From: a virus
IMG/VR virus record: IMGVR_UViG_3300020417_001527
Coordinates: 1-64,000 of that record
Length of the DNA stretch: 64,000 nucleotides
Reading direction: 5' to 3' (one strand)
In this document: one piece after another, positions 38,262-47,953 of the stretch
Layout of the letters: every line of letters begins with the position of its first letter
Position numbering within the stretch: position 1 is the stretch's first letter
Notes under the pieces: generated by a model
What the model was told of the DNA's origin: nothing
Seen by the model: only the letters and a program-made list of their open reading frames with translations
Database searches by the model: none
Program-made: the position numbers and the translations under genes

Positions 38262-38569
38262 GCACCTGCTTCGTATTCTGATGCTGTTACTGTTAACATG
38301 TTCATTTGTACTTTGAAATTATAACCTGCTGAAGATTCATTCAACAGTATGTTGCTCCAAACTGAATTGTTATCAATTTGTCCTTTACAATACACGGCAT
38401 TTTTTGCCTGTGCTAGTTTATATTCGATTGAATCAATCAAACTATTGTCAATTTGATTTTGAATAAAATTACGCATGTTGTTGGAAGGATCAACATCAGC
38501 AAAATAATCATCCACTGTGTTGTAAGGACCTACTCCTAAACATTTTCTGTAATACTGTATTGCCATCAT
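38258..38569 (-). CDS. Hypothetical protein
   Basis: AGGAG SD and TAAATA upstream; ATGA overlap with the desaturase. Confidence 0.65.
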   Translation of the reverse strand: MMAIQYYRKCLGVGPYNTVDDYFADVDPSNNMRNFIQNQIDNSLIDSIEYKLAQAKNAVYCKGQIDNNSVWSNILLNESSAGYNFKVQMNMLTVTASEYEAGA

Positions 38570-38586
38570 TGTCTCCTGTACTGTAT

Positions 38587-39096
38587 TTAGTATAGCTCAT
38601 TGGACCAATGTTCACTTGGTTTGGTATATTTTTGTCTGCCCTGTCCTTGTGATGGACCACGCTGTGAAAAATGATGATCCAACATCACAGCCAGCCCAGC
38701 TGGTCTAAGATCCATTTTGCTTTCTTTGTTGTATGCACTTTTACGAGCAACTTCTGTGTGACTCAACAGCATGTCCATGATAACCATGTGTGAACTTGCA
38801 GGTTTAGGCATACGGTCTAAACAATGAGCACCAAACACAGCAATACGAATTGTGTCGTTAAACTGCCAAAGATCTATTGCTTCAATGTATGACTCTTCCA
38901 GACTGGGCATGGATTTGTCTGCTGTCATTATCACACAATCAGGATAATAAGGATAGACAGTTTTTAAAAAATGCTGTGCATGTTTGTACTCAGGTAACAG
39001 TACAAAATTTTTACTCGGTATCGTGTATTTTGCTTTGTTCAAGTAGTTTCTTCTTTTCTTCTTGTTGTATCCATTTTTCACGGAAGTCGTATACAT
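38587..39096 (-). CDS. Hypothetical protein (true start possibly TTG 39042)
   Basis: Fills the gap in the - strand gene run. Confidence 0.55.
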   Translation of the reverse strand: MYTTSVKNGYNKKKRRNYLNKAKYTIPSKNFVLLPEYKHAQHFLKTVYPYYPDCVIMTADKSMPSLEESYIEAIDLWQFNDTIRIAVFGAHCLDRMPKPASSHMVIMDMLLSHTEVARKSAYNKESKMDLRPAGLAVMLDHHFSQRGPSQGQGRQKYTKPSEHWSNELY

Positions 39097-39274
39097 TGTC
39101 CGACTTTATTAAACTGATAATTGAGTTTGTCAAGTCTACTTCTCTGCTCAGCATACTGATTTTTTTGGTTAACTTGATTAACTCATCTTGATAAAATTCT
39201 AATTCTTTTTCTTTGCGTAATTTTTGTTCAATGAACTCTGATATTAATATCAGTTTTGCATCATCATCGACCAT
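39011..39274 (-). CDS. Coiled-coil hypothetical protein
   Basis: Heptad-rich sequence (EQKLRKEKELEFYQDELIKL); GGA SD. Confidence 0.65.
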   Translation of the reverse strand: MVDDDAKLILISEFIEQKLRKEKELEFYQDELIKLTKKISMLSREVDLTNSIISLIKSDNVYDFREKWIQQEEKKKLLEQSKIHDTE

Positions 39275-39275
39275 A

Positions 39276-39473
39276 TTAGTTCCCTACATCTTCGCCTAAA
39301 CCTACGCATATATAACCTTTGTGATATTCGTACGAACCTGTTAAAAACATTTGTCTGCCTTCAGCCGCCATTTGGCAACTTGGTTTGTAATCATATCTTG
39401 CTTCTTCAGTTACTGTGAATGTTCCATTTGCTTCTGCTGTAACCAACAGTAGCAACCACCATGTTTTGCCCAT
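39276..39473 (-). CDS. Small protein with a signal-peptide-like N-terminus and two Cys
   Basis: MGKTWWLLLLV...C...C. Confidence 0.6.
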   Translation of the reverse strand: MGKTWWLLLLVTAEANGTFTVTEEARYDYKPSCQMAAEGRQMFLTGSYEYHKGYICVGLGEDVGN

Positions 39474-39475
39474 CT

Positions 39476-40849
39476 CTACTCACACTTTATCCCTAGTCCT
39501 CGTACCTGATTGTTCCAGGCACTCTGTGCAAATGGTCCTTTGCCTTCATAGGCACGTTTGTAATACCATTTCTCACTGCCATGCTTTTCTCTTTCGCTGT
39601 AGTCCAAACCCAAGGTGTATTCCATAACATAGTAGTCTGCCAATGGGTGTATATACCTTCTTTCATGATCTGTGCTATAGCCACGTATTCTAAATACTTT
39701 GTGATGCAGGCAACCTACATTGACCAAACAGTTTCGTTGATACTGTTTGTCTGTGCTGGTCCAGAAACCCCAACGATCCAGCGTTTCTCGTACATCATCA
39801 ACAATGCGTTTCCAAGCCATTTCTGCCATTACCTCATCACGTTCAAACTGGTCACTGAAACTACTGCAATTTAGAGTTGTGGTTTTAAAATTTTCAACAT
39901 GACTACACATCATGCTGGCAATTTCTTCCGCTTTCCATTCTCCATATCTGTTTACATAGTAGCTCAGTCTTTTACCGGCTTCTCCATAACTAATTATGTT
40001 CCCAACTTCACCGGTTATTACTGTGCCGTCTATTTTGTGTCTGTTCATGGTTTGATACTTTACCAGCCATGATGAATCGTTAAATTCATATTCCAATGGC
40101 GGATCATACGCAGGTGGCTTTATGTTGGCTTGTACATTTACAGGTGCAATACCTATCATTTCACCATTAAAAAGTGCATCGTGATATTCATTGTGTTTGC
40201 CTTTTTTATGTGTTATGGTGTAAAAGTCTATGTGTTTTTGATATCCTAATTGTGCCAATGCTGAGGCAACCACAGCTGAATCTCTACCACTGCTGAAAAG
40301 CATATTGATAGGCTGATCATAATACAATCTACGATCATAAATTTTTCTAATATTATTATCTAATAGCTCTTTGTATAGGTTGCCGTCCCACACATAGCCT
40401 TTGGGTCGTGCAATGTCTGAGTATCTATGCTGTACACCATTGTGTACATAATGTTCTGGTTTAACTGTGAGAATATCATCATATGGTGTGTGTTCGCCTA
40501 TAGCATAACAAAAACCAAACATAGAACGCTGTAATTCATACACACCATTTTTAATTCTGTAGTGTGCATCCTTCATCGGGTGTGTAGCATCTTGCACCCA
40601 CAATGACAAGTTGTGAAATATTTTTTCTGTGTCTGTGTAGAATAGTGGAGTTTCTGCTAGATGATTTACACATGCCCACCAGTTATCATCTTCAATGTAA
40701 ACAAATGCAAAGGAACCACGCAGTTCAATGGGAAACTGACCTTGGCGTAAACTTTCATATACTATACCTGGTGATAGATTTGCATCACCCCACCAATAAA
40801 AGTCTGGGTACAGTTCTTCAAATTTGTTATGTTGATTTATGAATATCAA
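39476..40849 (-). CDS. Asparagine synthetase-like (AsnB/PP-loop) ATP-dependent amide ligase with a degenerate glutaminase domain
   Basis: LRGSFAFV, PLFY, FSSGRDS PP-loop, VITGE, HPLAD, EKW; no N-terminal catalytic Cys. Confidence 0.7.
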   Translation of the reverse strand: MIFINQHNKFEELYPDFYWWGDANLSPGIVYESLRQGQFPIELRGSFAFVYIEDDNWWACVNHLAETPLFYTDTEKIFHNLSLWVQDATHPMKDAHYRIKNGVYELQRSMFGFCYAIGEHTPYDDILTVKPEHYVHNGVQHRYSDIARPKGYVWDGNLYKELLDNNIRKIYDRRLYYDQPINMLFSSGRDSAVVASALAQLGYQKHIDFYTITHKKGKHNEYHDALFNGEMIGIAPVNVQANIKPPAYDPPLEYEFNDSSWLVKYQTMNRHKIDGTVITGEVGNIISYGEAGKRLSYYVNRYGEWKAEEIASMMCSHVENFKTTTLNCSSFSDQFERDEVMAEMAWKRIVDDVRETLDRWGFWTSTDKQYQRNCLVNVGCLHHKVFRIRGYSTDHERRYIHPLADYYVMEYTLGLDYSEREKHGSEKWYYKRAYEGKGPFAQSAWNNQVRGLGIKCE

Positions 40850-41993
40850 ACGTTTTATCTCCAGGCCATAATGGCAGTTGAGTACCAGGTGCTCGTTTTG
40901 GTATTTTTGAGTCAGCTGAACTTACACAACTATCACTGATGCATGGCATTGGAGTATCGAACAGATTGAAACCTGTTTCTATGTTGCCGAGCGGAACATC
41001 CGCACAACTGTAGGAACGTTTGATACTTCCGTCAGGCTCTCGGATAATAATACTACGATATCCTGCACTACATTCCCATCCTTTAAATTTGTTAAAGTTA
41101 AACGCATTGAATCTCTCTGCTTGATCCATGTACCATGTTTCACCATTGGCATCTTTGAATTCAACCTGCATGTTCCACGGAACAGATTTGTCGTCTCGTT
41201 GATCTATTTCTGTGGGAATTTGAAACTGTGGTCTTGGACGGTCACTCCAAACAGCTTTCGTGTCGGTGTAGGCTCTTTGCGGCATTCCGTTGTAGAGTCG
41301 CTTGAGCATATCCCTAGTGTATCCATCAACCACTTTTGACGCAGTCGGATCCGACTGGGGTTTAAGTGTGACGTTGATTCCTTGTTCGTGGAAGAAGAGG
41401 GCGTTGTCCCAGTCTCGTTCAAATTGGTCGGGAACCATAACCATGTTAATGGTAATCTGTACATCGTGTTCTTGACACAGGATAAGTTTGTCGGCAAACT
41501 CCTGCATCTTCTCCTTTGTGTTTACGTGTTCAACGTGTAGACTACTAGTTATGCTCGCACGATGAAGTGGTTTTACTATTTCCACATACTGCTCAAACCA
41601 TTTTAATGGCCTTGAACAGTTTGACGTCATGTGGACACTAGTATAATTAGTGTTGCTGACATCAGAAGCCAAATGCCCAAGGATGTCCAAGTATCCTGGG
41701 TGGAAAGTAGGCTCACCGCCAGATAAAGAAAAATGAAAACTGTTAAAATTATTAGCACGAGCTTGTCTTTTTATCTCATCGATCGTAGCATTAATGAGGT
41801 GTGTGGGCCTGTGATCTTTTTTATCTGATCTGGCGTATGGCCAACAATAACTGCAACGGTAATTGCAAAAGCGACCAAGAAGCCAACTGACAGTAAACAT
41901 GTCTCTATAGAGCATCGTTCTTTGACCCACCCTAACAAGTTCGTCAAAAGGTATTTTAGTAAAGTCATAATCGCTCCATTTTAGTTCTGACAA
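40827..41993 (-). CDS. Radical SAM protein with C-terminal twitch module
   Basis: CNYRCSYC, LSGGEP, FKGWEC...SC...CISDSCVSSAD; TTG start with AGGAG SD. Confidence 0.9.
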   Translation of the reverse strand: MSELKWSDYDFTKIPFDELVRVGQRTMLYRDMFTVSWLLGRFCNYRCSYCWPYARSDKKDHRPTHLINATIDEIKRQARANNFNSFHFSLSGGEPTFHPGYLDILGHLASDVSNTNYTSVHMTSNCSRPLKWFEQYVEIVKPLHRASITSSLHVEHVNTKEKMQEFADKLILCQEHDVQITINMVMVPDQFERDWDNALFFHEQGINVTLKPQSDPTASKVVDGYTRDMLKRLYNGMPQRAYTDTKAVWSDRPRPQFQIPTEIDQRDDKSVPWNMQVEFKDANGETWYMDQAERFNAFNFNKFKGWECSAGYRSIIIREPDGSIKRSYSCADVPLGNIETGFNLFDTPMPCISDSCVSSADSKIPKRAPGTQLPLWPGDKTFDIHKST

Positions 41994-42004
41994 AAGTTAA
42001 ACTC

Positions 42005-42736
42005 CTACTCTATATTATAACAAGAATCCCAGCACTTGTCAAGCCAGTCACGTCTTTTTGTGTAAAATTTTTCAAACACAGGCATTCGTATTTCTCTGTA
42101 ATTATCATATACAAAGTCAAAAATCTGTTTGTCTATGTCATTGTTAAACCACGAACATAAATCATATAACTCTTCTCGTTCGTCTTTGATGATTAAATTT
42201 ACAGGATCTACGGATTTCCACTTGACTTTGTGTTTATAATCCAGTATATATTGAGGAGTAGATTGAAAATAAAGTGTCCAAGCCAATGATTCTCGTGTGC
42301 TTGGTATCAGTGATATTGGTAAAAAATCCCAACCGATATTCTGAACTTTTTCTTTAATAACTTCTACCATTGGTTCATTGTTGTTCCAATGTGGATGACC
42401 ACTCATCCACACAGAGTGATAATTGTTAAGATCTTCTATTTTTAAATTATTATTCAAAACAAAAGTAAGCAACATATTCTGTAAATAGTTTTCCAGTATA
42501 GGTCTTTCATCATTCATTGTTTTTTCAAGTATAAACTGTACAATAGTTTTGTTAGGTAAATTTATACCCGAAGCAAGATCACGTGCTTGTTTTTTAAATG
42601 TGTCCTTGCCGCCAAAGCCTAGTGTTCCCACAGATGCTCCACCGCACATATTAGAAAACAAATCTCCAGCTGATCCAGATATAAATTCTAGATATATTAA
42701 ACGCTTTTTACCAACGTCTAACCAATCTCTTCCCAT
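42005..42736 (-). CDS. Hypothetical protein, possibly P-loop/sulfotransferase-like
   Basis: N-terminal beta strand followed by ISGSAGDLF loop. Confidence 0.45.
   Translation of the reverse strand: MGRDWLDVGKKRLIYLEFISGSAGDLFSNMCGGASVGTLGFGGKDTFKKQARDLASGINLPNKTIVQFILEKTMNDERPILENYLQNMLLTFVLNNNLKIEDLNNYHSVWMSGHPHWNNNEPMVEVIKEKVQNIGWDFLPISLIPSTRESLAWTLYFQSTPQYILDYKHKVKWKSVDPVNLIIKDEREELYDLCSWFNNDIDKQIFDFVYDNYREIRMPVFEKFYTKRRDWLDKCWDSCYNIE
42014..42042 (-). promoter_or_regulatory. Perfect sigma70 consensus promoter inside the 3' end of a CDS
   Basis: Minus strand TTGACA (42042-37), 17 nt spacer, TATAAT (42019-14), then AGGAG and the TTG at 41993. Confidence 0.75.
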
Positions 42737-43560
42737 GAGTAAAACCTTTCTGTTGTTTCTGTTATAAAAAATATTCCTTCTGTGGCAGGTTGTAGTATAT
42801 CACCCAAACGAGTATTGTTGCCACGCATACGCAATCTATGATATCTATCAAACACTCCACAGTACACACAATTTTCTGTGTTTTCTCTGCCACGCACTTG
42901 ATCAAACACACCTTCATAACAGTTATACAAAGGTTTAAGTTTGCCCCATACGTCAGGATAATTGTCCCAAATGTATGACATGGGCTGACATTCAAATTTA
43001 AGTTGTGCATCATGTATTGCATCACCATAAAGATCAGCATACTCATCTGGTGTGGTTATTTCTCTGGTTGTATCTTCAAAGTCGCGGAACCAGGCTGTCC
43101 TGTGAAACTTTTTGTGTGGCCATTGCACTTCGGGATCTGGAAACAGTTCATGATGAAACTCGCAATCTCTCCACAGTATAGGCACAGTATCCAACTCTAG
43201 TATGCCAGATATAATACTGGCTTTGTCATTGGAAGGGTGTCTTACTTGTCCAGCTGACCAATGCCAATGAGCATGTACAGGAGTTAACAAACCATTCCTA
43301 TTAATTGAGTCTGTGATAATTTTTGCTTTGTGTATAAAGAATTCATCGCACCCACCAGATCGTTCTTCGGCCTCTTCGGCTGTGATGTTTTGCCAATCAT
43401 CACGTTTGCGTATGTCACGTATACGCATACATATTTCATTGCCTTTGTCAAAAAACTTTTTAAAAAATTCAATAGGCACATCAACCACAATGTCTCTGTG
43501 ATAATCTTTTTTGATATCAAAGTAATGTTCTAATTCCTGTTTAGGTGTGCGTTCCGGCAT
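42718..43560 (-). CDS. Hypothetical protein, HP(G/S)-motif family
   Basis: SINRNGLLTPV...RHPSNDK; shares FDxxHR with 26571..27497. Confidence 0.45.
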   Translation of the reverse strand: MPERTPKQELEHYFDIKKDYHRDIVVDVPIEFFKKFFDKGNEICMRIRDIRKRDDWQNITAEEAEERSGGCDEFFIHKAKIITDSINRNGLLTPVHAHWHWSAGQVRHPSNDKASIISGILELDTVPILWRDCEFHHELFPDPEVQWPHKKFHRTAWFRDFEDTTREITTPDEYADLYGDAIHDAQLKFECQPMSYIWDNYPDVWGKLKPLYNCYEGVFDQVRGRENTENCVYCGVFDRYHRLRMRGNNTRLGDILQPATEGIFFITETTERFYSWEEIG

Positions 43561-44572
43561 AGTCTACTGTGGCTCCTATTAAATCTATTACAGTTTGTTC
43601 TGACAGTTGATTTGCTTTATCCTCTGCAAAATATAAATCAACGAGTGTTTCAAACACTTCATACTCGTGTGGTTGTATTGATAAAAAGTCACACACATCT
43701 TGATATGTGCCTTCATAGTCTTTGTCACGTAACATTGCAAGTAAATCTATTTTAAGTTCTGGCACTGGCAAAGGTATTGTGTATTTGTTTATTTGTTCAT
43801 CTGCTATTTCAGATTGCCATTTATCCATCATGGTTGTCATGGTTGCATCTATATTGAATTTCATTGAAGCATGTGTGATTGCAATAACCAATTTATACCA
43901 TGTCCATGGTTTACCCATATATTCTAACAGAGCAAGACAGCGTTCTTTATCCATGTCACTATGCTGTTTGACTTTTTTTGCAAATTTGTTTTCAAACTCA
44001 TCCATGTAATCTTCGTGTGTGTTGTATTCATGAAACCAAATCTTTTTTATTATATTAGAAACAAACTGTGGCCAAGTGTCTGCATCTTTGGTATTCAAAC
44101 AGGTAATCACTCGAAAACTTTTAAATTGCTGTGGCCACATGTGTACTTCGCACCATGCTTCGTGTGATCGTGTGATGGTTTGTGTTGTACGATAGCGTTG
44201 TAATTTTTCTCTCAGTGTGTGTTCACGACTGGCTTCAATGGCATTAGCAATCGCTTTTTTATAGTATGCTTCTGATCCATCATAGTCATCTGTGTTCCAA
44301 TAATCATTTCTGTATTGATTGCTAACTTTTGCAACAAGATCAGAATTAATACGCCAACGATTCTGTTTGTTTACTTTTTTGGCTCGCATGTCTGTGTTAA
44401 GATCTGCTAGATCTTCATGTGTTGCAAGGAAACCAGCAAACCATTCACCACCTGTACCTGCTGTGTAATTTACAACTATTTGATCTTGATCAACATGATG
44501 TTCAGTCCAACGCCAGAAGTCTGAATTATCATCTTTGAATTCTGTCAAGAGAGATTTCATTGATATTGACAT
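43541..44572 (-). CDS. Hypothetical protein, possibly P-loop/sulfotransferase-like
   Basis: VVNYTAGTGGEWFAGFL, RSH, VCDFL. Confidence 0.45.
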   Translation of the reverse strand: MSISMKSLLTEFKDDNSDFWRWTEHHVDQDQIVVNYTAGTGGEWFAGFLATHEDLADLNTDMRAKKVNKQNRWRINSDLVAKVSNQYRNDYWNTDDYDGSEAYYKKAIANAIEASREHTLREKLQRYRTTQTITRSHEAWCEVHMWPQQFKSFRVITCLNTKDADTWPQFVSNIIKKIWFHEYNTHEDYMDEFENKFAKKVKQHSDMDKERCLALLEYMGKPWTWYKLVIAITHASMKFNIDATMTTMMDKWQSEIADEQINKYTIPLPVPELKIDLLAMLRDKDYEGTYQDVCDFLSIQPHEYEVFETLVDLYFAEDKANQLSEQTVIDLIGATVDYAGTHT

Positions 44573-45083
44573 TTGAAGGTGCCTCTACTATCCATTTTAC
44601 ATAACTGGCCGCATCGGGTATGCTCATGCATTTGCGTCCAGGGTGTTTGTCTTCATTGTTTTCTAGTGTGCCAAAACTGATAAGGCTAACACGTGGCACA
44701 GTTTTTTCACTCCACACACTCTGTAATGCCAGTGATTGACAGTAGCTCTGCAGAGCTTTCTTTTCCTGTTGGTATATCCACGAGCTACCTTTGGTAACTC
44801 TGTCCACAGTACTGCCAATACACACAATATGTAGTGATTTTCCTGCCGTTTCTGCCAACTTCCATACTAGTTCTAGTAGTAGTGATTGGCGAAAGTGCCA
44901 TAATGCACTATTATTAATAAAAACATCGTACTCAATGGCCTTTTTTGCTACTGCTTCCATATTCATTCTAGTTTCTAAGTCGCAACCACTGTCACGACTG
45001 ACAAAGTCAGCTTTAGGAAACACAGATGCAAGTCCTTTAGCCAATCCCTCTTTGGGATTGCCTGTGATAAAAATTGATTTCAT
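44529..45083 (-). CDS. Short-chain dehydrogenase/reductase (compact SDR)
   Basis: FITG...GLA, DVFINNS, CIGS, YQQEK (YxxxK). Confidence 0.8.
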   Translation of the reverse strand: MKSIFITGNPKEGLAKGLASVFPKADFVSRDSGCDLETRMNMEAVAKKAIEYDVFINNSALWHFRQSLLLELVWKLAETAGKSLHIVCIGSTVDRVTKGSSWIYQQEKKALQSYCQSLALQSVWSEKTVPRVSLISFGTLENNEDKHPGRKCMSIPDAASYVKWIVEAPSNVNINEISLDRIQR

Positions 45084-46252
45084 ATATAATCCTTGAATTC
45101 TGGCACAACATTAAGTATATTTTCTTTTCTGCTTTGGTCCAAAGTATGCGTGTACCTAACATACTCTGGCCAGCGATCACTCCAGTCTTCAGCCCACATA
45201 TAATCTATGGTACTGTCCAGCTTTTCAACGCTGTAATTTTCCAAACGTTCAGTGGCCAACTGTTTAAGTTCTGGTGGCAACACTCTGATGTTTAGATATT
45301 CTGGATGATTCAGTATATTCAGGTAAACAAATTTATCAAATTGTTGTACCCAATCAAACCATGTGTTTAAATGTAATATATTGTTTATCTGTACAGTGGT
45401 GTGTATTTGAACTCTCACACTTTTCATGTCTAGGAAACGTTTTAGATTTTTATCTACCAACTTCCAATTTGTAGGATAGCGTATGTAACGATTTAAATCT
45501 CCATATGCGTCTATAGAACAGTTTAGTTTAACAGTTTTAAATCGATCCCAATAATCAATCATACGCTGTGGAATGTTTGTAAGGTTGGTGTTGTATTTTA
45601 AAATAATGTTTTCATTCAGCCCACGCTCAATGAGGTAATCAAACAGTTTGTACTGAGCTGTTGCAAGTGTGGGTTCACCACCTGTGAGGTAAACTTCTTC
45701 TATTGTGTCTGCAACATCAATTAAATTTTCCCAAGTCTTAGGTTTGTTGGGCCATGTCATTGTGTCTGTGTCCAAACGCTGTAGTTCTTCTTCGGGCAGA
45801 GGATCTTCAACCATGTTCCACTCATCTATCCATTGATTACTGGCGTATGGATTACACATTCTACATTTTAGATTACACAGGTTGCCCAAACGTAGGTCAA
45901 TGTACTGTGCTTTTGGTTCTGGTGTAATATCAGAATAGTCAGAATCAGCATTGTACCAACCTTCATTCCATGATTGCCTTGCTGATTTTACTCCTGCGTC
46001 TTCTTCTCTAAAACAGCGTTCGCACATTTCAGGACGTTCTCCATTCAAAAACTGCTGACGTATTGTGGTCATTGTTTTGGAGTTCCATGCTTCACGTATG
46101 TCATGTTTGTGCAATTTGTATTTGCCACCATCTGGGTGTTCTAATCCGTTTTTGCCCGGAGTTGAATTACAACAGACACGCAGAGTGCCCGCGGCATTTG
46201 TGGCCACGTGCATCCAAGGTAACACACAGAATGTTTTGCTGGGCATGTTCAT
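45080..46252 (-). CDS. Twitch-domain radical SAM protein
   Basis: CVLPW...VCC...CERC, CNLKCRMC, LTGGEP. Confidence 0.9.
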   Translation of the reverse strand: MNMPSKTFCVLPWMHVATNAAGTLRVCCNSTPGKNGLEHPDGGKYKLHKHDIREAWNSKTMTTIRQQFLNGERPEMCERCFREEDAGVKSARQSWNEGWYNADSDYSDITPEPKAQYIDLRLGNLCNLKCRMCNPYASNQWIDEWNMVEDPLPEEELQRLDTDTMTWPNKPKTWENLIDVADTIEEVYLTGGEPTLATAQYKLFDYLIERGLNENIILKYNTNLTNIPQRMIDYWDRFKTVKLNCSIDAYGDLNRYIRYPTNWKLVDKNLKRFLDMKSVRVQIHTTVQINNILHLNTWFDWVQQFDKFVYLNILNHPEYLNIRVLPPELKQLATERLENYSVEKLDSTIDYMWAEDWSDRWPEYVRYTHTLDQSRKENILNVVPEFKDYI

Positions 46253-47220
46253 ATAAAGTTCCTGTAGTCAGTTCCGTGTATGCTGTCTAATATTTCACTT
46301 TGTTCTATCAACTGTTGTTTTAATTCTTCGTCTTCTAGTGCCGTTGGTCGCATAAATGCAGGGTTTATCACAGGCGTAGACACAGAATGTTCAAGTCTGT
46401 GCAGAGTGCACCAGCGTGTCACATCATCGATGTTGTTCCTGTTAAACACCATTGGCAATATACTCACAAACAAATGTGTATTGGCAGGTTTGCGTTTATT
46501 GAATTGTAACACATTCTGTTGTGTGGTCAACCAACTTGATCCTGCACGTATAAATTCATATCTACTTCCTATTGCATCAATGCTGACATTAACTGTAACA
46601 GATTTAAACTTTTTAAACAGACTGTTCCATGCTGTTATGTCATGAGATCCATTTGTAATAATTTCTAGCGTAACTGCTGGTGCTATATCTTCTTCTATGA
46701 GTGTTTCAATTATGCGTTTTACTTGAGGTATCATAAAAGGTTCACCACCAGTGAACTTTACTGTTCGAGCATCATACATCAACTCAGTGAACGATTCAGC
46801 TTCTTTGGCCCAGCGTGTGTCATGTTTGTGAGTGTAGTATTCTGCCAATTCCTGTTCGCCAACGTTGCGAACAATGTTTGCCCATGTACTAGAGCTGGTT
46901 TGGTTACACATTCTACAAGCAAAATTACAGGTGTTGTTTATTTTCAAATCCCAAAAATTTATGCCATCTGCATGTTCTAGTATTTTATTGTAATGTGTTC
47001 TCAAACTTGCTCCGGTTTGTTGTTCTGATATTCTACATTCTTCACATTCATCTAGCCAAGAAGTCTTACTTTGTTCACACCATTCTGCATGTCGTGTTTG
47101 CCAATCATCTTTCCAATATAGATTTGCTGTTCCTTCTTTAACATTAAATGCACAACATGGCCTCACAGCACCTGTGGGTCCAATGGTAACACCATGTTTA
47201 AATATCAAGCATTCCGCCAC
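46249..47220 (-). CDS. Twitch-domain radical SAM protein
   Basis: C...PCC...CEEC, CNFACRMC, FTGGEP. Confidence 0.9.
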   Translation of the reverse strand: MAECLIFKHGVTIGPTGAVRPCCAFNVKEGTANLYWKDDWQTRHAEWCEQSKTSWLDECEECRISEQQTGASLRTHYNKILEHADGINFWDLKINNTCNFACRMCNQTSSSTWANIVRNVGEQELAEYYTHKHDTRWAKEAESFTELMYDARTVKFTGGEPFMIPQVKRIIETLIEEDIAPAVTLEIITNGSHDITAWNSLFKKFKSVTVNVSIDAIGSRYEFIRAGSSWLTTQQNVLQFNKRKPANTHLFVSILPMVFNRNNIDDVTRWCTLHRLEHSVSTPVINPAFMRPTALEDEELKQQLIEQSEILDSIHGTDYRNFI

Positions 47221-47953
47221 GTCTTTTATAACTTTCTACACATCTATCTTTGAAGTAATCACCCATGCCGCCATCCACAATCATGTGTATGCGTGGAGTA
47301 TCACTGCGATTCCAAACAGCATGATTATAGTGTGTATTGATTTTCATTATAGCACCAGGTTCAAATGGCATGGTACCCCAGTTTTCCATAACCAATGCAC
47401 AACCGTCTGGATTGTTTACAGCAATGTTTGTAGCACCAAAACCTTGTCTGTCTTTGTCTGAGTGTGGTCCAATCCAACCACCAGGCAGTAGTATCATAAA
47501 ACGTACACGAGTATAATCTTCATAGCGTAAATGGTTTTCCATAAAGTCCACAGTCTTTGGACAAAATTTTGCAATGTCTGTCCAATGTGAATCTGTTTCT
47601 TCATAGTCATCGGGTAACCCGTAATCATCTGCACAGTTGGTGTGTACAGAACTGATGCCATGTATACACAAACTCATCCATCCAGCAGATTGTGGACGAT
47701 GATATGTAAAGCAGGCTGTGTCTAGTAGGTGCATGGCTTCAGCAAGTATACCTTCGTGATCCATTTCAATGTCATCAACACGTAGCCATGGATTGGTACA
47801 ATGATCCAACATCAAATCGTTGTCTTCTGGATCGTTTACCAGCAAAGGATCGTATGTATGTTCTTTGCTGAGAGATTCGTTTTTCTCAAAAAACTCTTGT
47901 GTGTAATCATTTGCTTCCACATTTTGTGGAATGCTGTAACCTTCTAACCACAT
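47198..47953 (-). CDS. Aspartyl/asparaginyl beta-hydroxylase-like Fe(II)/2OG oxygenase
   Basis: RVRFM.L.PGG.I.PHSD, HAVWN.S..PRIH. Confidence 0.8.
   Translation of the reverse strand: MWLEGYSIPQNVEANDYTQEFFEKNESLSKEHTYDPLLVNDPEDNDLMLDHCTNPWLRVDDIEMDHEGILAEAMHLLDTACFTYHRPQSAGWMSLCIHGISSVHTNCADDYGLPDDYEETDSHWTDIAKFCPKTVDFMENHLRYEDYTRVRFMILLPGGWIGPHSDKDRQGFGATNIAVNNPDGCALVMENWGTMPFEPGAIMKINTHYNHAVWNRSDTPRIHMIVDGGMGDYFKDRCVESYKRRGGMLDI

Noticed and set aside
39276-40849. Lasso peptide cluster
   Set aside because: No B1/B2 (RRE or transglutaminase-like) gene and no precursor with lasso leader features was seen.
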